64,000 nucleotides of DNA, taken from positions 15,757-79,756 of the forward strand of contig CAZLYD010000001.1 of the NCBI GenBank assembly GCA_964563815.1, given 5' to 3'. Below, in pieces: positions 7,576 to 15,511 of the stretch. Below the pieces are notes generated by a model. The model ran no database searches. It had not been told where the DNA came from and saw only the letters and a program-made list of their open reading frames with translations. Position 1 is the first letter of the stretch; every line of letters begins with the position of its first letter. The position numbers were made by a program, and so were the translations under genes. The DNA comes from an uncultured Spirochaetaceae bacterium. Its GTDB lineage: Bacteria > Spirochaetota > Spirochaetia > Sphaerochaetales > Sphaerochaetaceae.

Positions 7576-8781
7576 TCAAAAGAGCGTAAAGAGTTGCTTG
7601 ATAAGAAGAGTAGCTCTGTAGACTGCTTCATCAGATGTGTGAGTATACCTCTCGTTTACCTTTTGAGACTGATGTCCCATTATTAACATCCTATCTTCTT
7701 GTGTAACAGAATAGTCCAAGCATATTGTTGAAAACGTATGACGAAGAGAATGAAAAGAGAGCTTTCTTTTTCTTCTTTCCTCTTCGCTAATGCCAATAGA
7801 AGAAAGAAGCGAGTAGAAAACATGACGAAATGTCGGTGGCGATATATATTCCTTTTTTTTAAACGGAGACGGAAGTAAAAGCCCAGAAGGAGAAGCATTA
7901 TTTATTAACTCTTTCGCAAGATGGGAAGGAATTAAACAAAAGCGCTCATATCCACTTTTAGTTGATTTAATACCACTTAGATATGCAAGTGAGTGTCTAA
8001 TTACAATTTTTTTATAATCAGGATGCTCGCTATCAAGAATATCTTCAACTCTAAGTGACCTTATTTCTGCACTTCTCATTCCTGTAATGAGAGCTAAAGT
8101 TATTCCATAGTAATAAGATGGAAAGATCTTATTTTTCACTTCCTTTAATTTTTTAATGAGTTTTTCCACTTCTATTTTTGTTAGAACTCCTCGTCTCTCC
8201 TCTTCTCTAGAAACCTTTAAAAGATTATCACATGGATTAGTGTCAATAAGACCTTCTCTTTTGGCTTCCTTTAATGGAAGCGTAAACGAAGAGATAAGGA
8301 TACATATTGTTGAAGGCGAAAGATTCTTTTTATATAACTCTCTAATTATTTTATCCAAATCAGATGTTTTTACATCCTTTATATCGAGATTCTCAGGGAG
8401 AAGCGGAAGAATATTCTTTTTGAAGTTTTTTTCCATATTATATGCATATTCTTTACCAATTGAGCCTTTCTTAATGCTATTACGAAGGCCAATATACTCG
8501 CTTTTCTCCCAAGACCAAAAATCAAGGCAGTAAGACGCAAATGTTTTTGTTTTTTTCTTTAAGTCTATGATTTTCCTATCTAATGCTTTTTGTGCAATAA
8601 GTAAAGCTTCTTCTCTTTCTACAACACTTTTAAAATCAAGTATCCCGAGCCTCTCTTTTAAACAATCTATACTCTTAGCAGTCATTTGCTTACCTGTCTC
8701 TCTATCTAAAAAACAAACATACCAATAGTCACCACCCTTCTTGTGTCTTTTATATAAATAAAACTCTTTTCTATGAGCCAT
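7576..8781 (-). CDS. tyrosine site-specific recombinase (phage-integrase family), copy 2, stand-alone
   Basis: The ORF track starts at 8784 (MMAHRK). I prefer the second ATG at 8781, which has better spacing from AGGAGG and matches the copy-1 N-terminus MAHR. Motifs: TGMRSAE, HSLRHTF, MGHQS, and Tyr in ERYTH. Confidence 0.9.
   Translation of the reverse strand: MAHRKEFYLYKRHKKGGDYWYVCFLDRETGKQMTAKSIDCLKERLGILDFKSVVEREEALLIAQKALDRKIIDLKKKTKTFASYCLDFWSWEKSEYIGLRNSIKKGSIGKEYAYNMEKNFKKNILPLLPENLDIKDVKTSDLDKIIRELYKKNLSPSTICILISSFTLPLKEAKREGLIDTNPCDNLLKVSREEERRGVLTKIEVEKLIKKLKEVKNKIFPSYYYGITLALITGMRSAEIRSLRVEDILDSEHPDYKKIVIRHSLAYLSGIKSTKSGYERFCLIPSHLAKELINNASPSGLLLPSPFKKKEYISPPTFRHVFYSLLSSIGISEEERRKRKLSFHSLRHTFSTICLDYSVTQEDRMLIMGHQSQKVNERYTHTSDEAVYRATLLIKQLFTLF
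8663..8727. repeat. 65-nt perfect direct repeat, copy B (inside the 5' coding part of recombinase 2)
   Basis: Identical to 1757-1821 by hand alignment. Confidence 0.9.
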
Positions 8782-8796
8782 CATTACCTCCTATAG

Positions 8797-8832
8797 TGGA
8801 AAGTAAAAATTGTTCTTTTTCTGCACTTTCCA
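8797..8832. promoter_or_regulatory. inverted repeat TGGAAAGT-N20-ACTTTCCA in the recombinase-2 / paralog-C divergent spacer
   Basis: 8-bp perfect arms. The loop contains TTTTTCTGCA (8816-8825), which is also present at 1888-1897. Confidence 0.3.
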
Positions 8833-8871
8833 TAAATTTCATCCCCCCATACCCCGTTCAAATAATATATT

Positions 8872-8944
8872 TAATTGAGGAAACAATGAAAAAGTTCATT
8901 ACTTTCACATTAATTGCAGCGCTTGCTCTTACATCAGCCTTTGC
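8872..8944 (+). repeat. conserved 5' block of paralog C
   Basis: taattgaggaaacaATGaaaaagttcatt...attaattgcagcgcttgctcttacatcagcctttgc. It shares 17-nt and 12-nt perfect runs with 1977-2049. Confidence 0.7.
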
Positions 8945-10655
8945 TGGTATTACAGGAAATGCAAGCTTTGCAGCAAATTATGACCTAAATGAGAGTGTCT
9001 TTACTTTAGATAACTCAAAATTAGGAACAAGTACACTCAAGGTTGATCTTGAAGGTTCTTCTGCTGGTACAGAAGCGCCCGAAAGTGGTATCTATGCAGA
9101 TTTCAAAGGTTCTCTTGAAGCTAACCTTACAGAGGAAGGTGTAGATCTTAAGTCTGAACTCACTGAAGCAGTCATTAAAGATGCAAATGGTGTATGGAGT
9201 GTTGATTTAACAAAGGTTTCTAATGGTGTTGAGGTAACACTCTTAGACTATGTTTTAGATGCCAATTACAAAGATAATCTTAACTGGGGAATAGGTGTAA
9301 AGACTCCTTCTTATACAATTGTTGATGGCCTTACATTAAGTGCAAATGCTACTTACACAGTTGCAGAATTAGATAAGGCTGATCCTGCTAACTATGATAA
9401 GGCATTTGGTAAAAACTCAGAGGGCTATTCTTGGGATGATGTTCACGCTACATACTTTGCAACATATGACAATGGAACATACAAGAATGCAGATCTCAAA
9501 GCTGCTCAAGATAAGGTAAGTGCAGCAAAGGATGCTCTTAGTGAAGCAAAAGCAGCTTTCGCTTTAGATCCTAGCGAAGAAAACTTTGATGCTATTACTA
9601 AAAAAGAAGAGGCATTAAAGGATGCAGAGGATAATCTTAAGAAGGCAGAAGAAGCTGTTGAAAAAGAGTTTAAAAAAGCTAATCCAGAATGGTATCAAGA
9701 AAAAGTCAAATATTCATATTCTGAAAAGTGGTCAACAAGTACTGAAGCTAAAACTTTAAAAGTAAATGAAAAAGAAATATGGCATAGTGAAGAAACTACA
9801 GAAGCTGACAAAAATTACGTTGTCGTACAAAATGCTTCAGGTGCTTATAGCGTTAAAGAACAACTAGACCCATCTGTATTATCTGATACAGCTTCAAAAG
9901 TTGTTTATACATTCACAGCTAAAGCTAATACTACACATGTATACTTAATTAGATCATTGGATGAAACTACTACATATGATGAAATCAAATCTTTCGGAGC
10001 AAAAGATCCTAATTTTGGAACAAGAACACTTAATGGTGGACTTACACTTAATTATGCTAACGATGCCCTATCTGCTACTTTAAAAGGTAATGTTAAGTAT
10101 GAATTAAATTCAAAAGGCTTTGGTTTCGACGTTACAGCCAATGCTAAATATGCTTTTGTTAGTGGTGAAGTTTCTTTCGAAAGAACACTCGACAAAGAAA
10201 ATGTTCTTGGAGCTAGTGCTTCAGCAACATACAGTGGTGTAACAGCAACTATTACAGGAACAGACCTTCTTGCAAATAAGAATGAAAGAAAGCTCGCTCT
10301 TGATCTTTCTGCAACAGTCATGGGTGTTTCAGCTAAGCTTGGTGCAGAATATAACTTCTCTAACAATTTCCATGAAACTGGCGTAGCACCTCTATCACTA
10401 AATGCTGAAATGGCTTATGCATTTGATGATATTTCAGTTAAGGCTAGTGTCACAGGAAAGAGTGAATATAACTTCAATAGTAATGGTGACTACGAAAAAG
10501 CTGCTGTTGCAGTTAGCCCAGCACTTACACTTGAAAACAGCACACTTATCCAGAATGCAACGCTCTCTCTTAGCTGGTCTGGTGCAAAGTTCGGTGGAAA
10601 GATTGATACTCAGAGTAAGGGTGCTCTTCAAGCAAAAGCTGCAATTGCATTCTAA
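8886..10655 (+). CDS. surface / putative outer-membrane beta-barrel protein, paralog C, with a large central insert including a Lys/Glu/Ala-rich helical segment
   Basis: The ORF track starts at GTG 8796. I prefer ATG 8886 (MKKFITFTLIAALALTSAFAG), preceded by GAGGAAAC. 589 aa. C-terminus ...NATLSLSWSGAKFGGKIDTQSKGALQAKAAIAF. A terminator follows. Confidence 0.85.
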   Translation: MKKFITFTLIAALALTSAFAGITGNASFAANYDLNESVFTLDNSKLGTSTLKVDLEGSSAGTEAPESGIYADFKGSLEANLTEEGVDLKSELTEAVIKDANGVWSVDLTKVSNGVEVTLLDYVLDANYKDNLNWGIGVKTPSYTIVDGLTLSANATYTVAELDKADPANYDKAFGKNSEGYSWDDVHATYFATYDNGTYKNADLKAAQDKVSAAKDALSEAKAAFALDPSEENFDAITKKEEALKDAEDNLKKAEEAVEKEFKKANPEWYQEKVKYSYSEKWSTSTEAKTLKVNEKEIWHSEETTEADKNYVVVQNASGAYSVKEQLDPSVLSDTASKVVYTFTAKANTTHVYLIRSLDETTTYDEIKSFGAKDPNFGTRTLNGGLTLNYANDALSATLKGNVKYELNSKGFGFDVTANAKYAFVSGEVSFERTLDKENVLGASASATYSGVTATITGTDLLANKNERKLALDLSATVMGVSAKLGAEYNFSNNFHETGVAPLSLNAEMAYAFDDISVKASVTGKSEYNFNSNGDYEKAAVAVSPALTLENSTLIQNATLSLSWSGAKFGGKIDTQSKGALQAKAAIAF

Positions 10656-10677
10656 GAGAAAACTTAAAATAATTTAT

Positions 10678-10709
10678 CCTGTACCTTTAAAAAAGGTGCA
10701 GGTTTTTTT
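10678..10709 (+). terminator. Rho-independent terminator after paralog C
   Basis: cctgtacctt-taaaa-aaggtgcagg followed by a T7 tract. Confidence 0.75.
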
Positions 10710-10727
10710 ATTGATTGTTTTTGAATT

Positions 10728-10751
10728 AAAAAATGTATCCCACTGGGATAC
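10728..10751 (-). terminator. Rho-independent terminator after the helicase gene
   Basis: Minus strand reads gtatccc-agt-gggatac followed by atttttt. Confidence 0.55.
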
Positions 10752-10778
10752 ACTCAAATTAAACTGACTAGATATATA

Positions 10779-12992
10779 TTAAATTTTCTCTATATTAGCA
10801 CTTCCTGCTACATATCTTGTTACTCTTCCGTCATCATATGTAACAGTTAAAATAGTCTTATCTGTTCTTTTTTCAACACCGCTAATAAAGCCATCGCCCT
10901 TTCCAGGAGCTCTAACTCTGTCGCCTTCCTTAAACTCTAATTGTTGTTTATCAACCTTTGGTTTTACGGTTTCTCTTCTTCTATATGTATTAGTATTAAA
11001 TACTATGCCATTTGCCCAGGATGGGATATTTGTAACATTTGTTCTCTCTTTTTCAAATGAAGAAGAGAAGAATGAATTAGGATTATCAGAAAGGCTAGCT
11101 GTGTCACCAGTGAGAAGAGAAATAGGTATTTCCTTAAGAAAATTTGAAGGAATACGATATCTATCATTTTTTCCCCAAACCATCCTGTTTGTTGCATAAG
11201 ACAAATATAGCTTTTTTCTTGCTCTTGTCATCGCTACATACATTATTCGTCTCTCTTCTTCAACATCCCCACCTCCCGGTATTATTTGTTGTTCTAGCCC
11301 TACACAGAATACTGTGTCATATTCAAGACCCTTAGTATTATGCATTGTAATAAGTGTTACACCTTCTTTATCTCTTGGGTCATCTGAGCCAATTACAGTT
11401 GAATCGAGAGAAAGCTTTTCTAAAAAGGAAGATAGAGCAGCCCTGCTATTTTCTATTTCACCCTCTTCTGTATCGCTGCTACCTTCAAGCGCAGAAACAA
11501 GAACTGACAGGTTCTCAAGCCTTGCGTGTTTTACAGCTATATCTGTTTCACTTTTATAATAATCAATTAGCTCGGTTTCTTCTAATGCAAGCGTTAGGAT
11601 TTCACCCAATCGAACATTTTGTTGTAATCTTTCTTTAGCATTCTCTACTGCTCTGTAAAAGACTCTAGCTCCCTCTGTAGAGGCTCCCTTATTCTCATTA
11701 ATGAAAATACTAAGAGCATGAATAGTATCAAGGCTTTTATCAAGTATTGAATTAACAGTTTTTGCTCCCAGCTTGCGTGATGGCTTATTAATTATACGTC
11801 TAAACGATATTTGGTCTTTTGGATTAATAAGTAAGCGTAAAAAAGCAAGACAGTCCTTAATCTCTTCTCTTTCATAGAATTTTAATGCACCTACTACCTT
11901 ATATGGAATCTTTCTTCGTGCTAACTCTGTTTCAAAAGAGAGAGATTGAGCATTTGTTCTATATAGAATTGCACAATTAGAATAATCATGAATACCTTCG
12001 ATTAATGAAATTACTCTTGTAGCCTCTAAAATAGCATTATTTGACATAAGGACGACAGGCTTACTTCCCTTCTTTCCATCTGCACTTACTATCTCTTTGT
12101 CGTGTCTTTTTTCATTATGCTTAATGAGAGCAGCAGAAGCAGAAAGTATTTCATCAGTACTACGATAATTCTTCTCAAGCTTTATCTCTCTAACATCTTT
12201 AAAGTCTTTAGAGAAAGAGAGAATATTTCTTATATCTGCACCACGGAAGGAATAAATAGACTGGTCGTCGTCACCAACAGCAACTAATTGACTATTGGGA
12301 GACGCAAAGAGCTTTAAGAATTTAAACTGTTCTCCATTAGAGTCCTGGTATTCATCTACAATAATAAGCTTAAAGCGATTATGGCAGAACGCTAATGCAT
12401 CCTTGCTCTTTTCTAAAAGCTCAACACAAAGAGCAATAAGGTCTCCAAAATCAACATTACCAATATTTCTAAGTGCAGCATTATATGCCTTATATAGATT
12501 TCTAAAATCAGGCTCTCGTGAGATTTCATTAAGTCTAGGACTATCTGGATCAAGTCCAAAATCCTTTGCTCGCGATATATACTTATAGTATTCCTTTAAT
12601 TTCGTACGATCCATATTAGAGATAGTTTTCAATAATTCAAAGCTATCGTCGTCATCGTATATAGTAAAATCCTTTTCTAGCCCAATATGAAAGCCAAAGC
12701 GACGAAGAAGTGTTGCACAAAGAGAGTGAAATGTTCTTATCGTTATAGATGAAGTATCTGTAGTGGGGAGGAGCTTTTCTATTCTTGTTTGCATCTCTTT
12801 GCAGGCTCTGTTAGTAAATGTTACAGCACATACCTCATGTGGTTTAACAAATCCTTTTTCAATAGCATATGCAATTTTATATGTTACAGTAAGAGTCTTG
12901 CCACTACCGGCACAAGCTAAGAGAAGTAAGTTGTTTTTGTTATCTAAAACAGCCTCCTTCTGTTCATTATTTAGTACTGAAAGATCAATCAA
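10779..12992 (-). CDS. UvrD/PcrA/Rep-family ATP-dependent DNA helicase
   Basis: 737 aa. Motifs: LNNEQKEAV, Walker A AGSGKT, VDEYQDS, TMHNTKGLEYD and YVAMTRAR. It apparently starts at TTG, 4 codons before... more precisely the TTG start overlaps the rimO stop. Confidence 0.9.
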   Translation of the reverse strand: MIDLSVLNNEQKEAVLDNKNNLLLLACAGSGKTLTVTYKIAYAIEKGFVKPHEVCAVTFTNRACKEMQTRIEKLLPTTDTSSITIRTFHSLCATLLRRFGFHIGLEKDFTIYDDDDSFELLKTISNMDRTKLKEYYKYISRAKDFGLDPDSPRLNEISREPDFRNLYKAYNAALRNIGNVDFGDLIALCVELLEKSKDALAFCHNRFKLIIVDEYQDSNGEQFKFLKLFASPNSQLVAVGDDDQSIYSFRGADIRNILSFSKDFKDVREIKLEKNYRSTDEILSASAALIKHNEKRHDKEIVSADGKKGSKPVVLMSNNAILEATRVISLIEGIHDYSNCAILYRTNAQSLSFETELARRKIPYKVVGALKFYEREEIKDCLAFLRLLINPKDQISFRRIINKPSRKLGAKTVNSILDKSLDTIHALSIFINENKGASTEGARVFYRAVENAKERLQQNVRLGEILTLALEETELIDYYKSETDIAVKHARLENLSVLVSALEGSSDTEEGEIENSRAALSSFLEKLSLDSTVIGSDDPRDKEGVTLITMHNTKGLEYDTVFCVGLEQQIIPGGGDVEEERRIMYVAMTRARKKLYLSYATNRMVWGKNDRYRIPSNFLKEIPISLLTGDTASLSDNPNSFFSSSFEKERTNVTNIPSWANGIVFNTNTYRRRETVKPKVDKQQLEFKEGDRVRAPGKGDGFISGVEKRTDKTILTVTYDDGRVTRYVAGSANIEKI

Positions 12993-14310
12993 TTTTAACC
13001 CCTTCTAAATCAACGCCTCTAACCTTTCTTATACCAACCTTAACACAGTCACCGCTCTTCATGTTGCGCCCCATTATGACAGTTAAGCCATCGACATCTG
13101 GTGCTTGAGAGTAGATGCGGCCTATTGCAAGATCTTCGCCCTCAATTGTCTCTTCAACGAGCGCTGTGTATACAGAACCAACAAATTTTTCGAGACTCCT
13201 TTGAGTGACAATGCTTTGTTTTTCTTCTAGCTCCTTTTGCCACCCCCTTGCTCTTTTTTGAGCCTTATCATGCTCCTTCTTATTTCTCATTTTGAATGCA
13301 GGAGTATCTTCTTCTCTTGAATATAAAAATGAACCCATCCAGTCTGGCTTTGCCCTATCAACAAAATCTAATAGCTCTTCAAAATCTTCTCTTTCTTCTC
13401 CTGGAAAACCTAGCATTAGAGTTGTTCTAATAACAGCACCATCTACCTTTTCACGAATCTTATTAAATAAAGAGGAATATATTTCACCACTACCTGTTCT
13501 TCTCATCTTTACTAAAATGCTGTGAGAAGCATGCTGTACTGGAATATCAAAATAAGGAAGGATCTTGCTTCTAGAAGCAACTAAATCCAACAAAGAAAGT
13601 GGGAATGTATCTGGATGAATATAGAGCATTCTTAAGACGAAGTCCCCTTCTAAAGAAGAAAGAGCATCCATTAACTCTACAAAACGACTCTCTCCATATA
13701 AATCCAGGCCGTATGCTCCAAGATCCTGAGCAATAACATTTATCTCATAAATACCACTCTTTATTAATCGCTTTGCTTCTTCAACAACCTTTTCAAATGG
13801 TCTACTTCTTAGCTCCCCCCTAATTAGAGGAATCGCACAATAGGAGCAGCAATGATTACAGCCTTCACTTATTTTTAAGTATGCAGAACGAGGAAAGGAT
13901 AAGCTTTCTTTTCTATCATCACGCTCCCTATCTGGATCTGGATAGGAAGGAACAAGAAGGGCTTTATCACCCTCTTCTATTGTCTTTAAAACCTCAGGAA
14001 AAAGAGAAAGGTCATGATTTCCAAAGATCGCATCTGCTTCTTCTAATTCCATCTCTTTTCCATAACGCTGAGATAAGCAGCCTGCCATTACAAACTTAGC
14101 ATTAGGGTATTTATTCTTGAGAGAAAAGAAGGTATCTATTGATTCCTTTTTTGCACTTTCAATAAAACCACAAGTATTTACAACAATTAAATCAGCATTT
14201 TCTGCATTCTCTACTCTTATATATCCATTTTCTTCTGCATAAGTAAGAAGAATCTCTGAATCAACTTGGTTCTTAGCACATCCAAGGCTTTCAATATATA
14301 TCTTTTTCAT
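12985..14310 (-). CDS. rimO: ribosomal protein S12 methylthiotransferase RimO (MiaB-like radical SAM)
   Basis: MKKIYIESLGCAKNQVDSE N-terminus, radical-SAM CNHCCSYC motif and a TRAM-like C-terminus. The ORF track starts 6 codons upstream at 14328, so the start is uncertain. Confidence 0.85.
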   Translation of the reverse strand: MKKIYIESLGCAKNQVDSEILLTYAEENGYIRVENAENADLIVVNTCGFIESAKKESIDTFFSLKNKYPNAKFVMAGCLSQRYGKEMELEEADAIFGNHDLSLFPEVLKTIEEGDKALLVPSYPDPDRERDDRKESLSFPRSAYLKISEGCNHCCSYCAIPLIRGELRSRPFEKVVEEAKRLIKSGIYEINVIAQDLGAYGLDLYGESRFVELMDALSSLEGDFVLRMLYIHPDTFPLSLLDLVASRSKILPYFDIPVQHASHSILVKMRRTGSGEIYSSLFNKIREKVDGAVIRTTLMLGFPGEEREDFEELLDFVDRAKPDWMGSFLYSREEDTPAFKMRNKKEHDKAQKRARGWQKELEEKQSIVTQRSLEKFVGSVYTALVEETIEGEDLAIGRIYSQAPDVDGLTVIMGRNMKSGDCVKVGIRKVRGVDLEGVKID

Positions 14311-14433
14311 AGCTATAAGATAACCCAAAAAGAAAAAAGGTTATAGCATAAAGCTCATTTTTATTGTCCTAATGCTCTAGTTAATTTGACACAATATTAT
14401 GTAAATAGAGAAAACCTGAGTTAAAATAAAAGC

Positions 14434-15456
14434 ATGGAAAGAATAATAAAAGTAATTGGAGAAGAAGAGGAAAAAATAAGAAAAAGGCTTCTAGAAGAGG
14501 AGTCAAGAATAAGAGAAGTTATTAAAAAAGAATTCATGATTTTTTCTCCAACTATAACTGGTTTTTTCTTTGCACCACCTTATAAAGAAAACGACTTAGG
14601 CATATTTATTTCATCTGACATGTGCATTCTTTTAAATGAAGAGCTAATTAATGGTGACTACAGCATAACAAAGAATGTATTTATTCATGAGTATAGTCAC
14701 TCAGTTGACTACACTCTTCGTGGATATTCACTCCACGATAGCTTTTTCAAAGAAATATGTAAAAAATTGGGAATAGAGGAAGGCTTTGAAAAAGCTAATG
14801 TAGCATCAAAAATAGTTAAAAAAGAAAGTGTTAAACAAAAAATCGAAAAGCTTATTTCTCTTTCGTCTTCTCCATTTAAAGAAGAATCTCTTTCTGCTTT
14901 AAAGAAGGCTAAGGAATTAATGGAAAAAGAAGGCATAAAGGAATGGGAAGAGAAAAAGAAAAAAGAAGAAAAAATATACTTTGTAGATTTAACTAGTAAT
15001 AAACGTATTGTGTCTCATAAGTATTATACAGCGCGAATTGCGGCTCTTTTATCAAACACTCTATTAGTTAAAATCAACAACAAACCAATCAAAACTCTTC
15101 GTTTATATGGAGGAGTCGGAGAATGTGAGATGGGCTTATATTTCTTTGATTATCTGCTCTCTTCTTTAAAAGAAGAAGTAAAAATAGAAAAGAAAAATGG
15201 AAAAGAAATAAATAAAGATAGCTTTATGTATGGAGCCTTCTTTAGTATAGAAAAAAAGCTAAATAGTAATAATAAAAGCCTAGAATTAATAAACAAAGAA
15301 AGACTGAGAATAATAAAAGAATATCAATTTAAAGAGGGCTATGTAAAAAGAACGACATCACACATAATTCGTAAGAATAATGGATACGAAGAGGGGCAAA
15401 CATTTGGCTTAAGGCTCGATGTATCAAAAATCAAGAAAGGAAAATTACTGAACTAA
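14434..15456 (+). CDS. hypothetical protein with an HExxH (SprT-like) motif and a DUF2786-like helical segment
   Basis: 340 aa. FIHEYSHSVDY contains HEYSH. KIEKLISLSSSPFKEESLSALKKAKELMEKEGI resembles DUF2786 as I remember it. Very Lys/Glu-rich. This is a solitary plus-strand gene. Confidence 0.6.
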   Translation: MERIIKVIGEEEEKIRKRLLEEESRIREVIKKEFMIFSPTITGFFFAPPYKENDLGIFISSDMCILLNEELINGDYSITKNVFIHEYSHSVDYTLRGYSLHDSFFKEICKKLGIEEGFEKANVASKIVKKESVKQKIEKLISLSSSPFKEESLSALKKAKELMEKEGIKEWEEKKKKEEKIYFVDLTSNKRIVSHKYYTARIAALLSNTLLVKINNKPIKTLRLYGGVGECEMGLYFFDYLLSSLKEEVKIEKKNGKEINKDSFMYGAFFSIEKKLNSNNKSLELINKERLRIIKEYQFKEGYVKRTTSHIIRKNNGYEEGQTFGLRLDVSKIKKGKLLN

Positions 15457-15465
15457 TTAAAAAGT

Positions 15466-15496
15466 AAAAAGGTACTCGTCTCCGAGTACCTTTTTT
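15466..15496. terminator. bidirectional Rho-independent terminator
   Basis: aaaaa-ggtactcg-tctc-cgagtacc-tttttt lies between the convergent genes ending at 15456 and 15512. Confidence 0.75.
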
Positions 15497-15511
15497 AAGA
15501 GGGTATATCTC

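Noticed and set aside
715-8781. The two integrase genes as boundaries of a prophage, ICE or genomic island
   Set aside because: The interval between them holds essential rplM-rpsI and recX, and it contains no phage, conjugation or transposase genes. I recognised no tRNA or tmRNA and no flanking att-like direct repeats. The only long repeat is the in-frame 65-mer inside the integrase genes themselves.
8796-8885. GTG 8796 as the start of paralog C
   Set aside because: The 30 extra residues are spacer sequence. ATG 8886 has the family RBS and signal peptide.
10402-10767. 121-aa plus-strand ORF overlapping the 3' end of paralog C and its terminator
   Set aside because: It is an alternative frame of a supported CDS and runs through a terminator hairpin.
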